A DNA stretch of 63,850 bases, the filler included, from Octopus bimaculoides (Eukaryota), in assembly GCF_001194135.2 (NCBI RefSeq). It is 7 parts of 6 records of this genome, joined end to end, with 100 filler letters (N's around TTAATTAATTAA, not from the genome) between each part and the next. Parts side by side here need not be neighbours in the genome. Positions count along the whole stretch, not along the records: positions 1 to 7,240 come from NC_069002.1; positions 7,341 to 26,329 come from NC_068987.1; 5 more parts are not named here. One strand, given 5' to 3'. The notes beneath the pieces were generated by a model, which saw nothing but the letters and a program-made list of their open reading frames with translations, was not told the DNA's origin and searched no databases. The position numbers and the translations under genes were made by a program. This document shows, piece by piece, positions 1 through 8,300 of the stretch. Numbering within the stretch: position 1 is the stretch's first letter; each line of letters opens with the position of its first letter.

Positions 1-316
1 GTTATACACCATTAGGTGTACACCTGCTTTCCTATATTTCATTCTCTTTCTCGGCCGGCTGGCCATGAGCTCAGACGTACAAGCAGCCTGTCTCCATCAT
101 TCAACTCTGGGGACAGCTCACATCAACATTCCAACGTCTCAGCAACCATGCTCTCTCACAGAAGGCGTCTCAGCAACCAAACAATTTAAGGCTGCCTATT
201 TTCCTACATAAATAAATATTGTTGTGTTGATAGTTCGGAGTTCTGCGTTCCGTTTATTCTGAATTTAATATAGGAAAGCAGGTGTACACCTAATGGTGTA
301 TAACCACTTTCCTATA
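1..316 (+). mobile_element. LTR-like segment (left end cut by the window start), ending in CTTTCCTATA
   Basis: 1-38 is the exact reverse complement of 267-304. 269-316 is bounded by 10-bp inverted termini TATAGGAAAG/CTTTCCTATA, resembling TGTAGG...CCTACA LTR ends. There is an internal AATAAA and a PBS 2 nt downstream. Confidence 0.55.
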
Positions 317-317
317 A

Positions 318-551
318 TTGGTGACCCCAACTAAAGAACATGAGATAGGGCGTTACTACAAATGCAATGTATGCCATAAGGTCTGCAAATCTAACGGAGG
401 CTTCAAAAGACATTTTAAGATCCACAAAGATCAGAACTTATCTGCAGCTCTTGGTGGTCCAAATCGTTGGTGCAATCTATGTGGGTGTCTTTTCAGAACA
501 TTGTCTGGTTTAAAAAGCCACATCAGATGCCATGATGGTTCTAAGGTGTAG
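318..551 (+). pseudogene. Two C2H2 zinc fingers, probably the C-terminal end of an RTE-type LINE ORF
   Basis: CNVC-x12-HFKIH and CNLC-x12-HIRCH both fit C-x2-C-x12-H-x3-H. The second finger (FRTLSGLKSHIRCH) resembles RTE C-terminal fingers and is followed directly by a stop. No ATG or clear splice acceptor. Confidence 0.55.
319..332 (+). promoter_or_regulatory. Primer-binding site complementary to the tRNA-Trp 3' end
   Basis: TGGTGACCCCAACT versus the expected TGGTGACCCCGACG (reverse complement of eukaryotic tRNA-Trp 3' end plus CCA, recalled from knowledge). It lies 2 nt after the LTR-like end. Confidence 0.6.
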
Positions 552-594
552 GTACAGGAGGTGGTCAAATTCTGCATAAGGAGTAGACAACCAC

Positions 595-757
595 CGATGG
601 GCTTCTTTCAGTTTCCACCTACCAAATCCACTGACAAGACTTTGATCGACCTGGGGCTATAGTAGTAGACACTTGCCAAAGGTACCACAGAGTGGGACTG
701 AGCCCTGAACCATGTGACTGGGAAGCAGGCTTCTTACCATATAGCCATGCCTGCACC
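595..757 (-). mobile_element. tRNA-derived SINE family A, 5' part
   Basis: Reverse complement matches the head seen at 2312-2480 and 61063-61225 (GGTAAGAAGCTTGCTT...GGGCTCAGTCCCA...GGCAAGTGTCTTCTACTATAG). Confidence 0.85.
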
Positions 758-765
758 TATATATA

Positions 766-814
<49 letters not shown>

Positions 815-859
815 NNNNNNNNNNTCCAGTTCACTTAGCTATAGAAATGAGTTGCAATG

Positions 860-1047
860 TCACAAGTGCCAAGCTGTATCGGCCCCTTTGCCTTTCCCTT
901 GGATAACACTGGTGGCATGGAGAGGGGAGGCTAGTGTGCATGGGTGACTGCTGGTCTTCCATAAACAAACTTGCCTGGACTTGTGCCTGGGAGGGTAACT
1001 TTCTAGGTGCAATCCCATGGTTTGTCATGACCGAACGGGGTCTGAAT
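860..1047 (+). mobile_element. SINE body fragment, related to 29745-30025
   Basis: Shares TTTGCCTTTCCCTTG, GGCATGG.GAGGGGA.GCT and AATCCCATGG blocks with 29895-30020. Confidence 0.55.
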
Positions 1048-1064
1048 ATATATAATTTATCATC

Positions 1065-1725
1065 ATCATCATCATCATCATCATCCTCGTTCAACGCCCG
1101 CTTTCCATGCTAGCATGGGTTGGACGATTTGACTGAGGACTGGTAAAACCAGATGGCTACACCAGGCTCCAATCTGATCTGGCAAAGTTTCTACAGCTGG
1201 ATGCCCTTCCTAACGCCAACCACTCTGAGAGGACCAGTCAGGTGGTACTGGAATCGGCCACACTCAAATGGTACTTTTTATGTGCCACCTGCACAGGAGC
1301 CAGTCCGACAGCACTAGCAACGAACATGCTCGAATGGTGTTACATATATCATCATCATCATTGTTTAATGTCCGCTTTCCATGCTAGCATGGGTTGGACG
1401 ATTTGACTGAGGACTGGTGAACCAGATGGCTACACCAGGCTCCAATCTGATTTGGCAGAGTTTCTACAACTGGATGCCCTTCCTAACGCCAACCACTCAG
1501 AGAGTGTAGTGGGTGCTTTTACNNNNNNNNNNGGCAGAGTTTCTACAACTGGATGCCCTTCCTAACGCCAACCACTCAGAGAGTGTAGTGGGTGCTTTTA
1601 CGTTCCACCGGCACGAAGGCCAGTCAGGAGGTACTGGCAACGGCCATGCTCGAAATGGTGTATTTTACGTGCCACCTGCACAGGAGCCAGTCCAGCGGCA
1701 CTGGCAACAAACTGGCTCGACTGTC
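1065..1725 (-). mobile_element. Two tandem copies of a (GAT)n-tailed SINE/retroposon (family B)
   Basis: The block (ATC)n-GTTTAACGTCCGCTTTCCATGCTAGCATGGGTTGGACG...GGATGCCCTTCCTAACGCCAACCAC starts near 1070 and again near 1348. Other copies lie at 58162-58545 (+) and 62305-62466 (-). Confidence 0.9.
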
Positions 1726-2131
1726 TTTTCACATGCCACTAGCACATATATATATATGTATGTATACAGAGAGAAAGAAAGAGAGTCATAGACAGATAGA
1801 TAGACAGGTGTGTATCTAAATGATAGGCTTCCAAACAGTTTCCGTTTACCAAATGTATTTATTTATTCTTAGATCTGAAAGTTGCTGAATTTATGAGTTA
1901 GCAGAGTAAAATGTCTGGCAGTATCTTATTGAATACCAATACAGTCAATGTAAGACTAGAGACCTTTTAATTGAAGGTTTCCTTCGTAGATACTTACCGG
2001 ATTTCATCAGTTAATCGTTACAGCAACACACAGAGAGATATTTGATTGTATAATGACTTCATCTCTTGCCATCATTTATTTAATCTCTCAATCTCTTTCG
2101 ATATCTATATTATCTTGATGTTATTTAGCCA

Positions 2132-2164
<33 letters not shown>

Positions 2165-2311
2165 CTATCTATCTATCTACTTCTCTCTCTTTACCTATCT
2201 CTCTCTCTTTAGCTATCTATCTATCTATCTATCTATCTGTCTGTGTGTCTGTCTGTCTGTCTGTCTATCTAACATTCTGTTTAGCTGTGTATTTATCTAA
2301 CCCTCTCTGTA

Positions 2312-2706
2312 TATCAGGTGTGGATGAGTGGTAAGAAGCTTGCTTACCAGCCACATGGTTCCGGGTTCAGTCCCACTGCGTGGCACCTTGGGCAAGTGTC
2401 TTCTACTATAGCCTCAGGCTGACCAAAGCCTTGTGAGTGGATTTGGAAGACGGAAACTGAAAGAAGCCCATCATATATATGTGAAAGAAGCCCATTGTGT
2501 GTGTGTTTGTCCCCCTCCCATCACCACCACTTGACAGTTGATGTTGCTGTGTTTGCATCACCATAACTTAGCAGTTTGGCAAAAGAAATTGATAGAATCA
2601 GTACTCGACTTTAAAAAATAAGTCCTGTCGTCCATTTATTTGACTAAAACCCTTTAAGGCACTGCCCCAGCATGGCCACAGTCTAATGACTGAAACAAGT
2701 AAAAGA
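2312..2706 (+). mobile_element. Near full-length tRNA-derived SINE family A
   Basis: Head with A/B-box-like motifs (GAGTGGTAAG...GGTTCAGTCCC), an internal TA/TG microsatellite and a 3' part ending GACTGAAACAAGTAAAAG. Collinear with 61063-61485. Confidence 0.9.
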
Positions 2707-3004
2707 TGAAAGATAAGCAGATATATATACATCTATATGTATATATATATATCTGTTTATCTATCTTTCTGCCTATTTCTCTCTCTTTCTCTCTCTTTCT
2801 ATCTCTCTCTCACTATCTATCAATCTATCAATCTATCAGCCTTTCTGTCTATCTATCTATCTATCTATCTGCCTCTCTGTCTATTCCTTCATCCATCGGT
2901 CCATCCATCTGTCTGTCCATCTCTTTAGCCATTCTTTTCTGTCTCTCCCTCTCTGTCTCTCGCCACCCCCCACCCCCCACTTCTGAAAGTTCATGACGGA
3001 ATCC

Positions 3005-4065
3005 TAGAAGCATAGAAGATGCGTTTTAGTGTCTGAGATTGGAGAAAGAAAGACGGGAAACAGAAGGAAGTAAGGAAGGGAAAGAAAGGAGAGGAAGGAG
3101 GAAAAGAAAGAAAATATATAAAGAAAGAAAGAAAGAAGGAAAGAAGGAAGGAAAGAAAAAGGAAAGGAGAGAAAGAAGAAAAAGAGAGAAAGAAAGAAAA
3201 AGGGGAGAGAAAGACATAATGAAGGAAACGAAGGAGTGGAGAAAGGGAAAGAGAAAAATGAAAAACTGTGAAAGAGAGAAAGAAAGAAGAAAAGGAGAAA
3301 TAGAAAGAAAGAGATAAAGAAAAAATAGAATTAAAATCAAAGTCAAAATAAAAAATAAGGGTACAGCAGGAAAAAAAAATAATAATTATAATAATAAAGA
3401 ATACATAATATAAGAAAATACCTAGTACTAGGACACCGCTTTTCGCTAGCGATAACTAATTATACCCTGCTGACATTGGGATGGCTAACACTTCATACTT
3501 AAGTGAACATATATGTGGGTACATAGATATGCATGTGTGTGTGTATATANNNNNNNNNNNNNNNNNNNNNNNNNNNNNNNNNNNNNNNNNNNNNNNNNNN
3601 NNNNNNNNNNNNNNNNNNNNNNNNNNNNNNNNNNNNNNNNNNNNNNNNNNNNNNNNNNNNNNNNNNNNNNNNNNNNNNNNNNNNNNNNNNNNNNNNNNNN
3701 NNNNAAAGGAGAAATAGAAAGAAAGAGAGAAAGAAAGGGGGAAAGGAGAAATAATGAAAGAGGAAGAAATAGAAAGAGAAAGAAAGAAGAAAAGGAGAAA
3801 TAGAAAGAAAGAGAGAAAGAAAGGGGGAAAGGAGAAATAATGAAAGAGGAAGAAATAGAAAGAGAAAGAGAAAGAGAAAGAAAGAAGAAAAGGAGAAATA
3901 ATGAAAGAGGAAGAAATAGAAAGAGAAAGAGAAAGAGAAAGAAAGAAGAAAAGGAGAAATGATGACAGAGAAAGAAAGAGAGAAAGAAAGAAAGAAAGAG
4001 AGAAAGAAAGAAAGAGAGAAAGAAAGAAGGAAGGAAGGAAAGAAAGAAGAAATTAAAGAAAGAGT
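3005..4065. repeat. GA-rich low-complexity/minisatellite tract
   Basis: Purine-only strand with recurring units such as AGAAAGAAAGAAGAAAAGGAGAAATAATGAAAGAGGAAGAAATAG. Confidence 0.9.
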
Positions 4066-4274
4066 TTGTTGAGGAATCTTCGCTAGTTTTTGGTTCCAAT
4101 CCAAAGCAACTTATTTACGTTGTTTAATTGTCTGAAATTGATTCCTGGAAGTGAAATGGTGAAGAAATGGTAAAGTTTTGGGGTTGGAATCAGTCAGATG
4201 TGGATGTTATTCCATATTGCAGGAAGTAATGGCTATATTTTCAGAGATGAGGTCGGATATGAGGAGGTCAACTT

Positions 4275-4275
4275 A

Positions 4276-4328
<53 letters not shown>

Positions 4329-4458
4329 TAGCTGCTGCTGCTGTTACTGCAACTACCATCACCATAACCATATAACCACCACCACAATGACACTACCACT
4401 ATCACAATGATGATGATGACGATGACCACAACTACCAACACCACCACCACTACCACCA
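4275..4458. repeat. Compound trinucleotide microsatellite (CTA/CTG/CCA/GAT)
   Basis: Directly visible. Confidence 0.95.
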
Positions 4459-5194
4459 NNNNNNNNNNNNNNNNNNNNNNNNNNNNNNNNNNNNNNNNNN
4501 NNNNNNNNNNNNNNNNNTGGCTCCTTCTAAACCAAAGACCTGCACAACACGACCCTGCCCATCACCACCAAAACACACCCACGTCTTCTCCAATGTATTC
4601 TTTGTTCTTCTGAGATTTAATATAGATTTTCTGCTGCCGGTAAGTTCACAATCAGAATTTATATTCCAAATAATGGAAGGAAATTAAATGACAAACTCTA
4701 AGACTATTTTGAAAATTAACTCCGTCCTTTTATTTATTTTCACAAGTAAATTTCAATTAATGTTGAAAATTTATTTTTGTAGAAATAATTCCAAGATTCT
4801 ACACTTTGATTAAACAGACAAACAAAAACAAAAACAAAGGAAAAAAAAGAATAAATAAATACATAGATGACAAGAAATAATAGAAAAAGAAGGAAAACAT
4901 GAAAGACAAAAACAAAAATGTAAAAGTGGAATTTGGTAAAAATGTTCTTAGAATTTCTATTAGAATTAATGAAATATGCATTGGTTATTTTTTGTTTGTT
5001 TTTTTTTTATTTATGTAATTTGGAAATATAACAATAGTTTTTACCGCTTTTCAATAAATCCTTTAACTCTATAAACATGGAATTCAGCGATGTTTTTGCT
5101 GTTGTTGATAACGATATTGTGAGACCTAAAAACAATGATGCAAAGCGAAATTGCTGTATCGTTTTAATTAGCTGTTTTCTTGGTTATCATGAAA

Positions 5195-5360
5195 GTGCTG
5201 GCATAGCCATATAGTTAAGAAGTTTGCTTTTCAGCTGTACGGTTCCAGGTTCAAGTCCACTGTAAGGTACCATTGGTAAGTGTCTTCTGCTGTGCTCATG
5301 GGCCGACCAATGCTTTTTGAGTAAATTTGGTAAAAAGAAAACTGTGTGGAAGCCCATCTT
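5195..5360 (+). mobile_element. Degraded SINE family A head
   Basis: GGTTCAAGTCCACTG...AAGTGTCTTCTGCTGTG...GGCCGACCAATGC aligns by eye with the family A head. Confidence 0.65.
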
Positions 5361-5374
5361 TTCCTCTCAAACAT

Positions 5375-5795
5375 TACTCTTTTCTACTCTAGGCACAAGA
5401 CCCAAGATTTTTGGGGAGAGGGCCAGTTGATTAGATCGACTCCAGTAAGCAACTGGTAGTTAATTTATCGATCCTGAAAGGATGAAAGTCAACCTCAGTG
5501 AAATTTGGACTCAGAACGTAAAGACAGATGAAATACCGCTAAGTATTTTCTACTCTAAGCACAAGGCCTTAAATTTTCGGGGTGGGGGCTAGTCGATTAG
5601 ATCAACCCCAGTATGCAACTGGTACGTAATTTATTGACCCCCAAAAGGATGAAAGGAAAAGTCAACCTCGGCAGAATTTGAACTCAGAATGTNNNNNNNN
5701 NNNNNNNNNNNNNNNNNNNNNNNNNNNNNNNNNNNNNNNNNNNNNNNNNNNNNNNNNNNNNNNNNNTAACTTTTCTGCCAGCTCATTGCCTTCCT
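5375..5795 (-). mobile_element. Two tandem copies of tRNA-derived SINE family C (Deu/Nin-like central domain)
   Basis: Reverse complement of GAGTTCAAATT...GTTGACTTT(GCC)TTTCATCCTTT.GGGGTCGATAAATTA.GTACCAG occurs twice. Plus-strand copies lie at 57000-57185 and 59735-59865. The domain assignment is from memory. Confidence 0.8.
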
Positions 5796-5830
5796 CTTAA
5801 ATATTATTGCAATGAAAATGAAGACTACAT

Positions 5831-5872
<42 letters not shown>

Positions 5873-5949
5873 TATATATATATATATATATATGTAATGG
5901 CTAATAAAACGAATGGTTTACACATGATAGCTTACTGGTAAAGCACGGT

Positions 5950-6765
5950 CACTTTCAGAGTGATTGTTCAACCCAATTTTTGGTTTGCATGTTTCAACCA
6001 GGATTGCTGGAAAATTTTTTGATGCTTTGGACAAGTGTTTTCCTAAATCCAATTGGTACCATACTATTTTTAATCAACACACTGTGAAGGTATCCTAAGC
6101 CAACTCTGCTAATTTAGAGCAGTTTATGCATTGCATAAACAATAGCAAAATGTGGCAAAGGTTCAATAACCCACCTACTGGATCTAGCGAACATTTAAAT
6201 CTAAATGCCAACAAAGAAGATGTAAACTGCATTGATAAATATCAACTTCGACTAATTTGTAGTAGTAGAAATACTCATGGAACTGCTAGCACAGTAACAA
6301 CACTGGTAAATGGAGTCGGGATTGCCTTACGTACAAATAAAAATGATAAATGCTTATGCAGAGATAAATCAAACTATCCTTTGATGAATTTCTGTAGAGT
6401 ACAAATCTTTTATATAAATGTACTGTGCACACAAGTGGATGGCCCTATGCTTACATTGGGCAGATGGCTGATTCATTTAAGAATCGTTATCATAACCATG
6501 TTGCCATGTCAATAACCCTGTCAATCGATAAGAGACATTCGACATCTTTGGCAGATTTTATACGGCGACGGAAGGAGGGTTAAACAAAGTACAACTTTGA
6601 TTGGTCCATAGTTAGACATGCAAAACCATGCAGTGTAATTTCCAAGAGATGCCATCTCTGCTCCAAGGAATCTCTGTCTATTCTGTGGACTAATGAGAAG
6701 ATACTTAATAGAATTTCTGAATGACTATTGAGATGCCTACACGCATATAAATGTACTTTCACACA
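5950..6765 (+). mobile_element. Degraded Penelope-like element, linker plus GIY-YIG endonuclease region
   Basis: Translation with stops and frameshifts gives GKFFDALDKCFPKSNWYHTIFNQHTVKVS, KCLCRDKSNYPL, YIGQMADSFKNRYHNH and WSIVRHAKPCSVISKRCHLC, all typical of PLE C-termini. Confidence 0.85.
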
Positions 6766-6796
6766 ATGCAGTGAGAATGAATTTTGAGTAACCATT

Positions 6797-6890
6797 AACT
6801 TAATTACATTATTTACATTATCTACATTTGACGGATATTCGTCCTCATCTTGTTTGTTGTTAACACAACGTTTCGGCTGATATACCCTCC
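6797..6890 (-). mobile_element. Inverted partial Penelope pseudo-LTR at the 5' end of a PLE insertion
   Basis: Nearly identical to 22366-22448. It breaks off inside the hammerhead stem II loop and joins the RT-coding sequence in the opposite orientation. Confidence 0.85.
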
Positions 6891-7240
6891 TAAAGGCTAC
6901 AAGGAGACAGTTCCATCATAGTTCTCCCAGCGGACAAGGAAAATGCTACAGTGGTGATGAACAAGTCTGACTACTCCAAAAAATTGGCAAGTCTTATAAG
7001 TGATGGTAGCTACAGTAGAGTAAAGAAAGACCCAACTCTGAAAACAGAGAGGAAGTTGTCACAGATCTTGATCAAGAACAAGGATCACTTCACACCAATG
7101 AAGTACAGACAGCTGACTCAACACTACAGTAAATTACCACACATGTACGGTCTCCCTAAGATTCACAAGGAAGGTATTCCACTAAGACCTATAGTGAGCT
7201 GTAGGGGTTCAGCATGTCATCCACTGAGCCGCTTCTTGGT
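6891..7240 (+). mobile_element. Penelope/Poseidon-type reverse transcriptase fragment (5'-truncated, runs into a gap)
   Basis: PADK(frameshift)ATVVMNKSDY...YSRVKKDPT...PHMYGLPKIHKEGIPLRPIVS, the conserved N-terminal PLE RT motifs. Confidence 0.92.
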
Positions 7241-7340
7241 NNNNNNNNNNNNNNNNNNNNNNNNNNNNNNNNNNNNNNNNNNNNTTAATTAATTAANNNN
7301 NNNNNNNNNNNNNNNNNNNNNNNNNNNNNNNNNNNNNNNN
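7241..7340. other. Artificial scaffold linker N44-TTAATTAATTAA-N44 (also near 26330, 31697, 44219, 58062 and 62641)
   Basis: The same 12-mer, carrying stops in all six frames, sits centred in 100-bp N blocks six times. Confidence 0.9.
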
Positions 7341-7345
7341 ATATA

Positions 7346-7375
<30 letters not shown>

Positions 7376-7377
<2 letters not shown>

Positions 7378-7947
7378 AAGTGAAGTATATTTGCCACTTA
7401 AATGTGGCTGACCCCGAGGGGTGGATGTCACTGTTGCTTTTAGCCCCAGGAGGACATCTCCTCCAGCTGGCTATCGACACACATCTGTGCGCTGTCTGTA
7501 TTTGCCAAGGAATTTATCGTTCCCATCTTGATCTACGATACGTACGTACCCGAGTTTCAGGGTTATTTCCCTTCTTCAGCGTACGCCACCGCCGACCTTC
7601 GATGCAAAAGACATCCCTTGGTAAATATATGTAACTTTCTCCACTGAAATTATTCACTGATATCGAAAAAGTGACAACAAGCAATGTTAAATCTCTGAAC
7701 GAGGTATTAACAGTACGTACCCTGAAACTCGGGTACGTACGTATCGTAGATCAAGATGGGAAAGATAACTTCCCTTGGCAAATACAGACAGGGCACAGAT
7801 GTGTGTCGATAGCCAGCTGGAGGAGATGTCCTCCTGGGGCTAAAAGCAACAGTAACATCCACCCCTCGGGGTCAGCCACATTTAAGTGGCAAATATACTT
7901 CACTTTATCGTGCAGTTACTGTTAATACCTCGTTCAGAGATTTAACA
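7376..7947. mobile_element. Foldback element embedded in (TA)n
   Basis: Arm 7376-7562 is the near-perfect reverse complement of 7720-7908. 7687-7715 is the reverse complement of 7917-7945. TA repeats flank both sides. Confidence 0.8.
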
Positions 7948-7974
7948 TATATATATATATATATACATACATAG

Positions 7975-8300
7975 TAAAGGCACGCGGCTTAGTGACTAGG
8001 GCATTAATCTCACAATCGTCAGGTCTTGAGTTATGTTCTTGGCGACGCGTTATGTCCTTGAGCAAGACAATTTCTTTCACGTTGCTCCAGTCCACTGAGC
8101 GGACAAAAATGAGCAGTAGCTGTATGACAAAGGGAAATCGTTGTCACAGTCTGTGTCACGCGGAATCTCCCTGCGAACTACGTTAAGGTTGCACTTGTCA
8201 GCGGAGTGCTAGTTGCACGTTAATTTGACGTGCATACTGTTCCATCGATCGTATCAGCTTGAACACTCGTTCCAGTAGATACGATCGACGGAGTGCTCCT
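7975..8300 (+). mobile_element. Degraded tRNA-derived SINE (family D)
   Basis: Degenerate tRNA-like head, then GTCCTTGAGCAAGACA. The 3' part GAATCTCCC..GAACTACGTTAAGG..GCAC...TTGCACGTTAATTT matches 63520-63650. Confidence 0.7.

Noticed and set aside
1454-1601. Identical 69-bp direct repeat either side of a 10-N gap
   Set aside because: Typical unmerged contig overlap within one SINE copy.
1975-2015. CTGATGA...GAAAC on the minus strand
   Set aside because: No pairing stem II or stem I, so a chance core match.
3026-4104. Lys/Glu/Arg-rich and Phe/Leu/Ser-rich ORFs
   Set aside because: Translations of a GA-rich low-complexity tract.
7285-7296. Recurrent palindromic TTAATTAATTAA between N runs (six times)
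   Set aside because: Always centred in a 100-bp N block with stops in six frames: an assembly linker, not biology.
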